Source: a virus (lineage: Duplodnaviria; Caudoviricetes). Taken from it: DNA of 64,000 nt. The first letter of the stretch is position 1. Each line of letters starts with the position of its first letter. A program made the translations under genes and the position numbers. The notes under the pieces were generated by a model that made no database searches, had not been told where the DNA came from, and was given only the letters and a program-made list of their open reading frames with translations. Shown here one piece after another: positions 1 to 9,915 of the stretch. The DNA lies in IMG/VR virus record IMGVR_UViG_3300033066_001054; one strand, 5' to 3'.

Positions 1-2
1 GC

Positions 3-347
3 GTGTTTCAGGGTCAGCATTGCGACTACGCCAACCGCTCGCCGGTTCGCGAAGCAATCGAAGCCGGTGTTCGTGGCGAACCTGAACTTCCTGGTCACAT
101 CGCATACTCGTTCCAAGAGAACGGAGTGCGGTTCTGGCAGGGTAAGAACAGCGAGGTCTACCTTCCGGTGGTGGTGTTCGACAGCCACAAGAAGTCCACG
201 TGGTACAGCAACGGGGTCGAGGTGCCCAAGAAAGACATTGCCATGTATCTTATGGCTTCGGAGACTTACAAGCCGAAGGATAATACCGACAAGGGGCAAG
301 TGCCGTTCGTCGGCATCAACATCAAGCACATTCTGGACATCCGGTAA
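3..347 (+). CDS. hypothetical protein, probably 5'-truncated by the window edge
   Basis: Open frame ending TAA at 347, just before the first motif. Confidence 0.6.
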   Translation: MFQGQHCDYANRSPVREAIEAGVRGEPELPGHIAYSFQENGVRFWQGKNSEVYLPVVVFDSHKKSTWYSNGVEVPKKDIAMYLMASETYKPKDNTDKGQVPFVGINIKHILDIR

Positions 348-405
348 GGTGCGACGCTTCCGGGGTTCCGGCCCCGGAAGCAACAATCGAAGGAATCAAA
401 CAATC

Positions 406-939
406 ATGGGATGGATGTCAGGCTGGAATAGCCGCCAAGAACTCGTAGACCACCTTACAACGCCACATCAGTGGAACAATGAAGGCAAGCAACACACGTT
501 GCGAGTTATCAAGAAGTGCTTCAGGGGCAACAATCTCTGGACCATTATGGAACTGGTGGTCGATGGACAACAGACCGACAAGTTTATCGTACTGTTCATG
601 CTCAAGCCGTTTGGACACGAGGGCTGGGGCTACAAGGACGTTGAAGAGACTTGCGGCCCGACTTACTACAACTGCCCAGTGAGCTGGCTGGACGAAGTGC
701 CGGACCCTGGCTCGTTTGCTACGGCCTGGCGCGAAAACGTGCGCCAAGCAGCCACAAAGCTGAAGGCGTTCAAAGACGGCCAACGCATCGTGTTCCCTTG
801 GGAAGTTCGATTCGGAGACGGTGTAACTGCCAAAGAGTTTACCGTAGAGAAGTTTCGCCGGCGCACATTGTTCCGCCGACCCGATGGCGTGCTATGCAGG
901 CTGACTAAGCGGATTCAAGAGGCCGCTCAACTCGCCTAA
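406..939 (+). CDS. conserved mobile-element protein (DUF6927-like)
   Basis: GWGYKDVEETCGPTYYNCP...WRENVR motif; start reassigned to ATG 406 (motif +38). Confidence 0.7.
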   Translation: MGWMSGWNSRQELVDHLTTPHQWNNEGKQHTLRVIKKCFRGNNLWTIMELVVDGQQTDKFIVLFMLKPFGHEGWGYKDVEETCGPTYYNCPVSWLDEVPDPGSFATAWRENVRQAATKLKAFKDGQRIVFPWEVRFGDGVTAKEFTVEKFRRRTLFRRPDGVLCRLTKRIQEAAQLA

Positions 940-946
940 CGACCCG

Positions 947-977
947 GCCCCGGAGCTACGGCTCCGGGGCTTTCTTT
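947..977 (+). terminator. intrinsic terminator overlapping promoter motif
   Basis: GCCCCGGAGC-TACG-GCTCCGGGGC followed by TTTCTTT. Confidence 0.7.
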
Positions 978-981
978 GCTT

Positions 982-1206
982 ATGCCCGAAATCAAAAACA
1001 TTCGAGTCGTAAACGTGTCGTCTTTGTTCGATAAGGACGACCTTGAACTGTTCCAAGACGAGGTGACAAACCGGTGGACCTGGGGCGATACCAAAATGTC
1101 GCTGGTGCCCATCACCGAAGTACGAGATGTGGCTTTCGAACTTTCGATTCTGAAAGTCGAGGACGGAGAACTGGACGAAGACATCTTTGTGGACCTGAAC
1201 AACTGA
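982..1206 (+). CDS. hypothetical acidic protein
   Basis: ATG at motif 944 +38. Confidence 0.7.
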   Translation: MPEIKNIRVVNVSSLFDKDDLELFQDEVTNRWTWGDTKMSLVPITEVRDVAFELSILKVEDGELDEDIFVDLNN

Positions 1207-1207
1207 T

Positions 1208-1366
1208 ATGCCAAAAGTCGAGCTAAAAGCACCATACGATGCCATTCTGCGCATCGTTCTGAACTATGCACGTTCCAATGCGGACGACATTGCCGAGACC
1301 ATCGAAGGCCCGTTCGCAGAGTCTGATGTTGAGGAACTTGCCGAAATCACGGGAGTCGAACTGTGA
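1208..1366 (+). CDS. small hypothetical protein (52 aa, MPKVELKAPY...)
   Basis: Hand-translated; fills the gap between neighbours with coupled stop/start. Confidence 0.6.
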   Translation: MPKVELKAPYDAILRIVLNYARSNADDIAETIEGPFAESDVEELAEITGVEL

Positions 1367-1758
1367 AGAAGTACAACTTCGATGTGTCATACACGTCCAT
1401 CACCACGATGTCCGTGATTGCCGAGTCTGAGGAAGCGGCGCAAGAGGAAGTCCAACAGCGATTCCGAAATCAACCAAACTTGACTTTCGGACTATCTGGC
1501 ACCAAGGAACTCGAGTGGTTCGCATCACGTTGTGACACAGAACTCGGAGCGTGGTACAACGACGAGTACGAGCGAATCGAGAGCAATCACGAAAAACTCG
1601 GCCCGTTCGTCTCTGCTGAAGAAGCACTAAACGCCACACGTACACAATGGGGGTACTGCGGTACATTCCACAAGTCGTTCAATGAGTCGTATACATCATC
1701 CGACCAGCAACGCGACGGCATGAAAGACTACACAGTCTACGCCAAAGAGGTCGTTTGA
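1363..1758 (+). CDS. hypothetical protein
   Basis: GTGA overlap with upstream ORF; stops just before the next motif. Confidence 0.65.
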   Translation: MKKYNFDVSYTSITTMSVIAESEEAAQEEVQQRFRNQPNLTFGLSGTKELEWFASRCDTELGAWYNDEYERIESNHEKLGPFVSAEEALNATRTQWGYCGTFHKSFNESYTSSDQQRDGMKDYTVYAKEVV

Positions 1759-1764
1759 CCACCG

Positions 1765-1794
1765 GCCCCGGAGCTTCGGCTCCGGGGCTTTTTT
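1765..1794 (+). terminator. intrinsic terminator overlapping promoter motif
   Basis: GCCCCGGAGC-TTCG-GCTCCGGGGC-TTTTTT. Confidence 0.75.
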
Positions 1795-1799
1795 CATTT

Positions 1800-2048
1800 A
1801 TGCCCAATCACGATTTTTCAGTCGAAGACCACGGTTCAATCTTCCTTGTGACTCCACACACCGACGCCGCAAAGGAGTGGTGGGAGACAAGAGTAGACGG
1901 TGGTCAGTCGTTCGGTCTCGGATACGCGGTCGAACACCGATTCATTCAGAACATCAGTCACGCTATCTTGGATGCTGGTATGAGCATCACCAAGGACGGC
2001 AAGACTATGGCAGTGTCCGAAAACACAGGAGACCTAGTACTGGTATGA
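1800..2048 (+). CDS. hypothetical protein (MPNHDFSVEDHGSIFL...)
   Basis: ATG at motif 1762 +38. Confidence 0.75.
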   Translation: MPNHDFSVEDHGSIFLVTPHTDAAKEWWETRVDGGQSFGLGYAVEHRFIQNISHAILDAGMSITKDGKTMAVSENTGDLVLV

Positions 2049-2173
2049 GAATCCCCTATTGGCACGGTACGAGACCCGATGGCTCATGGAAGCCTGGTCT
2101 TAAGTTCAAACTTGAGCGATTGTGCAACCGCATTCGCTCGCGATTCGGCTGGGACCCATTCGACTCGGAATAA
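2045..2173 (+). CDS. small hypothetical protein
   Basis: ATGA overlap; 42 aa. Confidence 0.45.
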   Translation: MRIPYWHGTRPDGSWKPGLKFKLERLCNRIRSRFGWDPFDSE

Positions 2174-2182
2174 TCTTGTATA

Positions 2183-2656
2183 ATGATGACTGTGCAGTAC
2201 GAAAAAGCCTTGAATAAGTACGGTCGTCATCATGAGTTCCGAGACGAATATGGATATATTTGGGTGACTGCGCCTATCGGTCACCCACGTGCAACCAAGT
2301 CGGTTCAAGGTAAATATACTGGATATGTAAAGCGGTGTGTCTTGGTGATAGAACTCAGTTTAGGCCGTCTATTATTAGCTGGTGAAGCGGTGCATCATAT
2401 CAACGGGTGCAAAGATGATGACCGAATAGAAAACCTTAAGGTTATGTCATTTACTGAACACTCAAGATTGCACCAAGCACAAAACAATCCAAGGAAAAGG
2501 ACTGGTAGTCCTGGTATTGGCGAACCATGCACTAGATGCTCAAAGGCATTAGATACACCAAAGCGAGGATTGTGCAACGCGTGTTATATGAAAGCCAAGA
2601 AACACAAAAAGAAACATGGTTGTTGGCCAGTTTTCGCTCTTCAGTTTGGTGAGTAA
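2183..2656 (+). CDS. HNH homing endonuclease
   Basis: VHHINGCKDDDRIENL...EHSRLH; C-terminal CxxC/CxxC; more AT-rich than neighbours. Confidence 0.85.
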   Translation: MMTVQYEKALNKYGRHHEFRDEYGYIWVTAPIGHPRATKSVQGKYTGYVKRCVLVIELSLGRLLLAGEAVHHINGCKDDDRIENLKVMSFTEHSRLHQAQNNPRKRTGSPGIGEPCTRCSKALDTPKRGLCNACYMKAKKHKKKHGCWPVFALQFGE

Positions 2657-2697
2657 CCACCGGCCCCGGAGTTTAACTCCGGGGCAAACCCTACATC

Positions 2698-3381
2698 ATG
2701 CACAAACCGGCAACCGCAGTCGAACTGAGTCGAAACTCCAAGATTGGCGACGCAAGCGCAACCTATGTTTCACAAGCGTCATGCCCCACAACTTGCCCTT
2801 TCAAGAACTCCGGCTGCTACGCCGAGACTGGAATGACGGGTATTCACACCCACCGGCTGAATAAATCGGTCATGAGCGACCCCGAGGCTATCGCAGAATG
2901 CGAGGCTGAGGCGATTCGCAAGCTGACCGGTCGATTCCCGTTGCGCTTGCACGTTGTCGGAGACTGCACCACCGACGTTGCTGCTGACATCGTTTCAGCC
3001 GCGGCCTCGGAACATCAGTCGAAGCACGGGCAACCAGCGTGGACATACACTCATGCCCACAACGTCCGACGCGAGTCGTGGCGGGACATCAGTGTTCTAC
3101 GGTCGTGCGAGAACATCGAGCAGGTTAAAAAAGCCCACGATGATGGCTTCGCCACCGCGATGGTCGTACCTGAGTTTGAGCGCGAAACCGCATATCCAAT
3201 TGCCGAGGATATCGTGGGCATCCCGTGCCCACAGCAAACCGGTAAGGTTGCGAACTGTATGCAGTGTCGCCTGTGTATGCAGGATGGCAAGCTACACCGC
3301 AGTCGGCGCACAATTCTCTTCGAGGCACACGGCACCAGCCGGAACCGCCTCGTGAACGTCCTCACCGGCCCCGGAGTTTAA
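2698..3381 (+). CDS. Cys-rich phage protein (gp88-like)
   Basis: NSKIG, CPTTCP...GCYA, LRLHVVGD, WTYTH, CMQCRLC; ATG at motif +38. Confidence 0.6.
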   Translation: MHKPATAVELSRNSKIGDASATYVSQASCPTTCPFKNSGCYAETGMTGIHTHRLNKSVMSDPEAIAECEAEAIRKLTGRFPLRLHVVGDCTTDVAADIVSAAASEHQSKHGQPAWTYTHAHNVRRESWRDISVLRSCENIEQVKKAHDDGFATAMVVPEFERETAYPIAEDIVGIPCPQQTGKVANCMQCRLCMQDGKLHRSRRTILFEAHGTSRNRLVNVLTGPGV

Positions 3382-3402
3382 CTCCGGGGCACAATAATCA
3401 TC

Positions 3403-3657
3403 ATGGCAATGTTCATCAAACTCGCACGTGGCACGGATGTTGCAGTACATCTCGGAAACTCACTACCTGCCAGCGTAGTCAATGACCTACAAAACGTCAC
3501 AGCGGTTCAAGCTAGTGACAAAGAACTCGAGCGGCTGCAGAAAATCTTCTACAACTGCTTGCCAACCGCACACGGCCGCAAAACGGTAACGTATGTGGGC
3601 GACACAGCAAGGTTCATTGTGGCCAACTGGATGACCGGCAAGCACACAGAAGATTGA
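3403..3657 (+). CDS. hypothetical protein
   Basis: ATG at motif 3365 +38. Confidence 0.7.
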   Translation: MAMFIKLARGTDVAVHLGNSLPASVVNDLQNVTAVQASDKELERLQKIFYNCLPTAHGRKTVTYVGDTARFIVANWMTGKHTED

Positions 3658-3695
3658 CCGGCCCCGGAGTTACGTTTCGAGACAAACCAATCATC

Positions 3696-3896
3696 ATGGC
3701 AAATCCAACGGTTTTCCAATGCCTGACTTTGGCGGCGGCTATCGACCTGTATGCTAAGACTGGAATCAAGGCAAACAGGTCGTACACTCCGACCAATATG
3801 CTCAGAACCGCCAGCAAGCTGACTGGCAAGACATTCAAGCGGGGTCAATACCAAGCGGCCTCGGAAGCACTTAGGGAGCACGCAAAGACAATATGA
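3696..3896 (+). CDS. hypothetical protein
   Basis: ATG at motif 3658 +38. Confidence 0.7.
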   Translation: MANPTVFQCLTLAAAIDLYAKTGIKANRSYTPTNMLRTASKLTGKTFKRGQYQAASEALREHAKTI

Positions 3897-4294
3897 AACT
3901 CACTTTCGACGCAAAACTCGTCCAGCAACTGCTGGATGACTCAAAGAACGCCAAGGAATGGCGACTGGCATACGGTGAAGAGTTCAGCGACAAGTCTGAA
4001 GCCCGACCAGGACTTTGGATTGTCGGAGACCAGGGCGTGTACCTGATGTCCAACTCCAAGACCGGAATCTTCAAGCCGAGCAAGGCTGGAGAGGAGCCGA
4101 GTCACCTTGTGGCGTATGCGCACCAGTGCGACCCTACGGGTGATTTCGACACCTGGTGGGAGAACAAACGCGCTGCTTTCGGTGGCGATGATGGCGTCGA
4201 GTTCCTCAGTGCCGAGTTCATTGAGGCTGCGCTGGCGAAGGCAAAGAACGGTAAGATGGCGATGTACGTCACGCCGACGAAAATCAAAATCTAA
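3893..4294 (+). CDS. DUF3085 family protein
   Basis: GLWIVGDQGVYLMSN, VAYAHQCDP, FGGDDGVEF. Confidence 0.8.
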   Translation: MKLTFDAKLVQQLLDDSKNAKEWRLAYGEEFSDKSEARPGLWIVGDQGVYLMSNSKTGIFKPSKAGEEPSHLVAYAHQCDPTGDFDTWWENKRAAFGGDDGVEFLSAEFIEAALAKAKNGKMAMYVTPTKIKI

Positions 4295-4382
4295 CCACCG
4301 GCCCCGGAGCTTCGGCTCCGGGGTATACTTTCAATGTCGCCGCCCATTTTTGGCGGCAAATGGCTAACAGGAAAAACCTACT

Positions 4383-5447
4383 ATGTCAAACCCATACACT
4401 CAACTCGCAGTTGCTAAAATCCTTGGCAACGGTTCTCCAATCCCTCTACTGCCTTCTGGTAACAAGCCGGTCGCCGTAGGGTTCGCCCATATCTCGCCAG
4501 AGCAAGCCGCCAAACTTGTCGAGTGCAAAACGCTCTACGCTGTCCGTCGCCGGTACGATACCAAGGTTAAGGAATATCGTTCCACTATGGACGCTGGCAA
4601 TTGGTCTGATGACTGCAGCATCTCATTTGTGGTGTTGCGAGGTCACGAGGACCAGTGGTGCATCGCCAACGGCAATCACCGCCTCGAAAGCCTGTCCGGC
4701 GCGAAAATCCCCGGTCTGGATGTGCAGGTAACGATTCACCTGGTGGAAACCAAGACCGACCTTCAACGGCTAGTCAATGGCATGGACAGCGGCAAAAGTC
4801 GAAGCAATGCTGACAAGCTCATGATTGGCGGCTTCGGACACCTGCCCGACTTGAAACTGCTCGGCGGCTGCCTTGGTGCGCTGCGGTATGGTTTCACGTT
4901 CTCGCAGTCAAGCATGGAACACAATGACATTGTGGCTTCTGCTAAGGCATGGGAACCCTACTACACCGCCTATATGGAAGTGATTACTGGCGACATTCCA
5001 GAACTTCCGACCATTCCGACTTACCAGCAGGATGCAATGGCTGCTAAGTTGCGGACTAACGTGGTGGCTTCGGTTGGCATGGTGACCTTCAGCAACAGCG
5101 ACCCAGATATGGTTGCGATGGCAAAGGTGTTCTGGCGCGGCTTGCGAACTCTTGACGCCCAAGGTGATGACCGCTTACAGGTTTACATCAAGGAAACCCA
5201 AGAACTGTTCCACCAGCTTTCAGAGTCCGCTCTGAAAGGCAAGAACCCGCTTCGCTCCGAAGGTGGTCGGCGCAGACTGTTCCGACAGATGTGCGTTCTG
5301 TGGAATGATTGGGTGGATGGTGCTGAAAAGCCTCGAAGCCTGACTTCAGTCACCGAAGAGATGTTCCCCGCAATCAAGGCAACCAACCTTGACGGTACGG
5401 CGAACAAGGCATGGTCTTCAATCAAGCGCGATTGGACCATCGTCTAA
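4383..5447 (+). CDS. ParB/Srx-like N-terminal domain protein
   Basis: IANGNHRL motif followed by MDSGKSRS; AGGA SD upstream. Confidence 0.55.
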   Translation: MSNPYTQLAVAKILGNGSPIPLLPSGNKPVAVGFAHISPEQAAKLVECKTLYAVRRRYDTKVKEYRSTMDAGNWSDDCSISFVVLRGHEDQWCIANGNHRLESLSGAKIPGLDVQVTIHLVETKTDLQRLVNGMDSGKSRSNADKLMIGGFGHLPDLKLLGGCLGALRYGFTFSQSSMEHNDIVASAKAWEPYYTAYMEVITGDIPELPTIPTYQQDAMAAKLRTNVVASVGMVTFSNSDPDMVAMAKVFWRGLRTLDAQGDDRLQVYIKETQELFHQLSESALKGKNPLRSEGGRRRLFRQMCVLWNDWVDGAEKPRSLTSVTEEMFPAIKATNLDGTANKAWSSIKRDWTIV

Positions 5448-5492
5448 TGCAACCTCGGCCCCGGAGCTTCGGCTCCGGGGCTTTTTTGCTTT

Positions 5493-5807
5493 ATGGCATT
5501 CACATTCATGGAATCCGGACCAGGTACAATCCGAGGTGATAAAATCACCCTGACGCGCTTTTGCGGGCCAGCTTCGGACAAGTTCCTGCAACGCCTGAAG
5601 GGCAATCGACACTGTTTGCAAATCAGTTTTGACCCTGCTGGGGCACCGTTCGATGTACGGTTCAAATACTGTGACGTGCAACTGACAAGAGACGAGGCAA
5701 TCGTGCTTCGAGACAACCTGACGCGCTTTATCGACGGCGTTCAGGATGGAGAACACGTCAGTCGATTCGACACCGCAAGAGAGCGCAAAAACAAACTCAT
5801 CCTATGA
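5493..5807 (+). CDS. hypothetical protein
   Basis: ATG at motif 5455 +38, after hairpin and T-tract. Confidence 0.7.
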   Translation: MAFTFMESGPGTIRGDKITLTRFCGPASDKFLQRLKGNRHCLQISFDPAGAPFDVRFKYCDVQLTRDEAIVLRDNLTRFIDGVQDGEHVSRFDTARERKNKLIL

Positions 5808-6412
5808 AACGAACACCACTAGACGAAGCAATCGGAGTACCCGCCGGCGCAGCCCAGGTATTCCTCGACGTTGTTGGCGGCGCAAGCCTAGACAAAGCCA
5901 TCAAGAACCAAGAGAAGCAAGGCCAAGCAGACTCGTGCAGGGCACAAGCATTGCCAATCAATGGTACGACGAACAACCGAGAGGTCTGGGAGAAGCTGGG
6001 CTTTGTCTTTGGTGACAATGCCGATGACCTGTTCGTAAACGTTACCATGCCACCGGGCTGGGAACTGCGGCCTACCGAACACTCGATGTGGTCCGACCTA
6101 CGCGATGAGCAAGGCCGCATTCGAGCCAAAATGTTCTACAAGGCCGCGTTCTACGACCGAGATGCGAGTATCTCACTGTGTCGAAGGTTCAATATTGACC
6201 AGTATGACAACAAGGAAGGCGAACCTGACAGTCTGATTCGCGTGTCGGTGTATGATAGCAGTGCGATGCGCAAAGAGCCAGTCCACGTCATCGAGACAGA
6301 ATGCGACGAACCCAAAGAACGCTATGACGCTCGCGCAGAACTCGCCAAAGAAGCCAAGGAATGGCTGAACGAGACCTATCCAGACTGGCAAGACCCGCTT
6401 GCCTACTGGTAA
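5804..6412 (+). CDS. conserved phage hypothetical protein
   Basis: ATGA overlap; FYKAAFYDRDA and YPDWQDPLAYW. Confidence 0.75.
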   Translation: MKRTPLDEAIGVPAGAAQVFLDVVGGASLDKAIKNQEKQGQADSCRAQALPINGTTNNREVWEKLGFVFGDNADDLFVNVTMPPGWELRPTEHSMWSDLRDEQGRIRAKMFYKAAFYDRDASISLCRRFNIDQYDNKEGEPDSLIRVSVYDSSAMRKEPVHVIETECDEPKERYDARAELAKEAKEWLNETYPDWQDPLAYW

Positions 6413-6455
6413 GCCACCGGCCCCGGAACCGAAGTTCCGGGGCTCAACTATCATC

Positions 6456-6743
6456 ATGAGCAATCAAGGCACACTTATCAAATCAGGCAGCGGAGTTCCT
6501 TTCATCTTCATTGATGACAAATCACCCGAATGGGAGAAGGCATGGAGCAATCTCTACAAGCAGTACGAGAATCATGTCTCTGGGTACGAAGTCTGGCAGT
6601 ACATGGGGACGTGGCTGACTGAAGGCACGACCTGGGTTCACCAGTTCCGGCACAGGGACTATCATGGCAAGCGGACGTATGTCGATATCACTCCGACAGA
6701 CGAGTTCCTGGTCAGCATCCCTGAGATTCTCGCCGCAAGCTGA
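6456..6743 (+). CDS. hypothetical protein
   Basis: ATG at motif +39; WQYMGT...HQFRHR. Confidence 0.7.
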   Translation: MSNQGTLIKSGSGVPFIFIDDKSPEWEKAWSNLYKQYENHVSGYEVWQYMGTWLTEGTTWVHQFRHRDYHGKRTYVDITPTDEFLVSIPEILAAS

Positions 6744-6786
6744 ATCACCGGCCCCGGAGTCGAACTCCGGGGCGCAACTTCAAACC

Positions 6787-7044
6787 ATGAGAAAACGCGA
6801 CCTTCTTAAAATCCTACTCCAAGGTGTCGTAATCGAGTTCTGTAACACTGGATTCGAGCGGAGAGGCAACAAGGCCTGGGACCTTGGGTACTACCAGCTA
6901 CGCTACCCAAGCGGCGCCACCGCCTCACTTGGTATGACACAAGGCCACAACATCACAAGCCAGTGGTGTTACTATGATGCACAAAACAAGTGCTATCGAC
7001 TCAACCAGCCAGCAAGATTGCTACTAACAGGAAGGAAATCATGA
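6787..7044 (+). CDS. hypothetical protein
   Basis: ATG at motif +39. Confidence 0.6.
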   Translation: MRKRDLLKILLQGVVIEFCNTGFERRGNKAWDLGYYQLRYPSGATASLGMTQGHNITSQWCYYDAQNKCYRLNQPARLLLTGRKS

Positions 7045-7379
7045 CATTCAGAGTGTTTCAGTTTTGGTCAGGTCGCGAAGCGACTATTCGCGAAGTCACA
7101 TTGCCCGATTCGGTGGTCGAGGATAACAAGTCCAAGTACACCACCCACGGTTCTGAAGGCGTGCGCCTTGGGTTCCTCAATGCCATCTTCCACTATGGAC
7201 AAAACGAAGTCCAGAACCGCATGGCACCTAGCGTGTCGGTCGGTGACATCATCGAGCTCGTACAGGATGGAGAGTATGAGTTCTGGGTTGTGGCGAACGC
7301 GGGATTCGAGAACTACGGCCGAGAGAAGCATTTTCTCTTCACACAATCGCGGCCCGGGAACGAGACAATCGGGGTTTGA
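7041..7379 (+). CDS. YodL-like domain protein
   Basis: APSVSVGDII motif; SD GGAAGGA. Confidence 0.5.
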   Translation: MTFRVFQFWSGREATIREVTLPDSVVEDNKSKYTTHGSEGVRLGFLNAIFHYGQNEVQNRMAPSVSVGDIIELVQDGEYEFWVVANAGFENYGREKHFLFTQSRPGNETIGV

Positions 7380-7386
7380 AATGAGC

Positions 7387-7731
7387 ATGAGACAAGCAAT
7401 CGTTTGGCCGCTCACGACCGACCAGGCAACATTCGAGCCATACTACGTGTTTGGCGAGGCAAGCAGGTTCCCCGAGATTCTTCGAAGGGAACTGCAAGGT
7501 CATATCTCGGATGTCCTGGCCAATCTCATATTCGAGAACCAAGACACGCTCACACAAGCGCGAAGGTTTATCTCGTATATGCCGAACAACAGGAGCGAAG
7601 ACGACACTAAGTACGTCGTGGATACCTTTGTCGAACTCTCTGACGCGATGGCTGAAGAGATTGGCGACAACGAACAGCTCGCCCAATGGCGAGTTCGACT
7701 GTTTAGCGACGCCGGAGTGGTCGCCGGCTGA
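7387..7731 (+). CDS. hypothetical protein
   Basis: ATG at variant motif 7349 +38. Confidence 0.65.
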   Translation: MRQAIVWPLTTDQATFEPYYVFGEASRFPEILRRELQGHISDVLANLIFENQDTLTQARRFISYMPNNRSEDDTKYVVDTFVELSDAMAEEIGDNEQLAQWRVRLFSDAGVVAG

Positions 7732-7775
7732 GCCGACCCGGCCCCAGATTCCTCCCTGGGGCCTACATTTTCATC

Positions 7776-8102
7776 ATGACAATCAGAGAAGCATTCTCAC
7801 TGGTCCAGGGTTGCGAAATCGACCCAGAAGTCATCCTCACCGTGCAGACAATACCATGGCACGACGGCGTAGGCCTGCATAGTGGCTGGAGTTATATCTG
7901 GGCCGCTGTAAAAGGCAATAGCACCTCGGTATTCAAAGTCGAGCAAGGCGGATGGGTCGGCGCTGGTATTCACTTCCGCCTTCCAAGCCCGCTGCTTGAT
8001 ATCTCTAGTGCCGACGCTTTTGCGAATCTCGGCGTACTTCCTGAACCGGTCCGGAGCGCGGTGCTGATTGCACGCGGCCCCGGAATCGAGATAACCCACT
8101 AA
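7776..8102 (+). CDS. hypothetical protein
   Basis: ATG at variant motif 7738 +38. Confidence 0.65.
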   Translation: MTIREAFSLVQGCEIDPEVILTVQTIPWHDGVGLHSGWSYIWAAVKGNSTSVFKVEQGGWVGAGIHFRLPSPLLDISSADAFANLGVLPEPVRSAVLIARGPGIEITH

Positions 8103-8111
8103 ACAAACATC

Positions 8112-8369
8112 ATGGCAAACCCATACGGCAAAACCCGAAAGCAGGACGACCCTTACGCTATCTATCGAGATGGCACTTGGGAGTATCGCATCCTGAAGTT
8201 GAATCAAGCACCGGCGAACGCCGCAAAGAACCAGTACGCTTCTGCGTTCTGCGCTGTCAGTTCTCCGATGACCCACGGCTCGTTCGACCTTGGCGACACC
8301 TACCTGAATGACATCAGCGGTGTGCTCGTTCAGGGTCCAGACATCCTCAAGGAGTGTGGCAGGCGATAG
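8112..8369 (+). CDS. conserved phage hypothetical protein
   Basis: ATG at motif +38; NPYGKTR...SPMTHGSFDLGDTY. Confidence 0.75.
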   Translation: MANPYGKTRKQDDPYAIYRDGTWEYRILKLNQAPANAAKNQYASAFCAVSSPMTHGSFDLGDTYLNDISGVLVQGPDILKECGRR

Positions 8370-8587
8370 AATACGTACTACTGCTGACCGTAATCGCCCT
8401 GGTACTCTGGTACCTCATCATTCCCAAAAAGGAATGCTTCACGGTAATCCTGAAGAGCGGTGTGTCCTACGAAGGACATATCCGCTATCAGGGTAAGAGA
8501 GACCAAGCGGCACTGGAAGCCGAGATTATCGCCAGGGTTGGCGAAGAGATGCCGGGCGAACAGATTGCCCGTATCTATCTTGGATGA
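8354..8587 (+). CDS. small membrane protein
   Basis: N-terminal hydrophobic helix; AAGGAG upstream. Confidence 0.6.
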   Translation: MWQAIEYVLLLTVIALVLWYLIIPKKECFTVILKSGVSYEGHIRYQGKRDQAALEAEIIARVGEEMPGEQIARIYLG

Positions 8588-8625
8588 CCGGCCCCGGAGC
8601 TTCTGCTCCGGGGCTTTTTTCATTT

Positions 8626-8790
8626 ATGCCAAACACAAAAGAACGGCTGGAAGAGTTGCGACAAGCGATTCGAGCAGAGAACATCAGCTATGGTGAAATC
8701 TGCGAACTGCAATCCCTTGCGGGCTCCATCGAACCTGGTGATGTCGAACTCCTGCAATGGGCTGGAGTGCCAGAGAATCAGGTACAATAA
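8626..8790 (+). CDS. hypothetical protein
   Basis: ATG at motif 8588 +38. Confidence 0.7.
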   Translation: MPNTKERLEELRQAIRAENISYGEICELQSLAGSIEPGDVELLQWAGVPENQVQ

Positions 8791-8796
8791 CCTAGC

Positions 8797-8976
8797 ATGT
8801 ACGTCATAGCACAAGCCAACAACGAGTACGTTCTGGATGCCACTGGTAAAATCCAGCGCTTCAAGAACCCCAAGTCTGCCAGAGACTTCTTGCGAGACCA
8901 TGGAATCCGCAAGCCTGATAAGGAAGGAATCCGAATCATTCCGCAATCCGATGCGGCCCCGGAACCAGCGAAGTAA
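8797..8976 (+). CDS. small hypothetical protein (59 aa, MYVIAQANNEY...)
   Basis: Hand-translated; fills the gap. Confidence 0.55.
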   Translation: MYVIAQANNEYVLDATGKIQRFKNPKSARDFLRDHGIRKPDKEGIRIIPQSDAAPEPAK

Positions 8977-8990
8977 TCGAGACAACCATC

Positions 8991-9335
8991 ATGTTCCAAG
9001 TTACCGACGAACAAGCATCACACATTCGGAGCAAGTACTCCCACATCCTCAACAAGAAAGGCGAAGCCTATCAGGCTAGTGCCATTCGCGCAATCGCCGC
9101 TGCTGAATCGCTGTCGAACTCGGTCAACGAGATGGGATTCGACTACGAGACGTTTGCACAGGTGCTTGGTAGCGACCACCGCACACTGCAACAGAACACC
9201 ATGAGGGCGTTCGTAGCGTTCTGCAACGAACTTGCCAAGTGGAACGACCTAGAGCATTACGACGAGCGCAATAAGGCAAGTTGCAAGTTGGCTGCCGAGG
9301 TCGTCAAGTTACCAGTATACCTGCCTCACATTTGA
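8991..9335 (+). CDS. hypothetical protein
   Basis: ATG at motif +38; HRTLQQ motif. Confidence 0.75.
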   Translation: MFQVTDEQASHIRSKYSHILNKKGEAYQASAIRAIAAAESLSNSVNEMGFDYETFAQVLGSDHRTLQQNTMRAFVAFCNELAKWNDLEHYDERNKASCKLAAEVVKLPVYLPHI

Positions 9336-9377
9336 GGCGTCGGCCCCGGAGCTACGGCTCCGGGGCTTTTTTCATTC

Positions 9378-9542
9378 ATGCTAACGAACTACACCGTGAT
9401 GTTCCGCGAATCAGGATGCTACACTGCATGGGTTCGCATTGACGACACTGACATGGAATCAGCATTGCAGAGTGCCAAAGACCGATTCGGCTATGCCAAC
9501 AATGGTCAGACATCGTTCTGTATTTGGCGCACGAATCCGTAG
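9378..9542 (+). CDS. small hypothetical protein (54 aa, MLTNYTVMFRE...)
   Basis: ATG at motif 9340 +38; stop abuts the next motif. Confidence 0.65.
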   Translation: MLTNYTVMFRESGCYTAWVRIDDTDMESALQSAKDRFGYANNGQTSFCIWRTNP

Positions 9543-9580
9543 CCGGTCCCGGAATCAAGAAACACAGGAGGACTTAAATC

Positions 9581-9877
9581 ATGCCAACCATCTATGCCAT
9601 CGCACTTGGAAGTCGAGACGGAGACACCAGTACCGAACTCAAAATGGCGAACGGCGCGAAAGACGCGCTCGAAGCCGTTAAGGAACTGGCATCGAAGCAC
9701 ATTGCCTATGTACTGGCAGGCGAAGAGGACGCTCAACAGTTTGTTGATGCTATCAACGCTTCAAATGCAATCGACCAGGCATTGTCAAGATTCGATGACG
9801 CCATGCAAGAAGCACACGACCGTGAAGTCGAAAACGCCTACTCTGCCGAACTCGTCATTGAGGCGTTAGAGGCGTAG
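9581..9877 (+). CDS. hypothetical protein
   Basis: ATG at motif +38; also AGGAGG. Confidence 0.75.
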   Translation: MPTIYAIALGSRDGDTSTELKMANGAKDALEAVKELASKHIAYVLAGEEDAQQFVDAINASNAIDQALSRFDDAMQEAHDREVENAYSAELVIEALEA

Positions 9878-9915
9878 CGGTCCCGGAATCAAGTCAAGGG
9901 GAGAATCATTCAATC

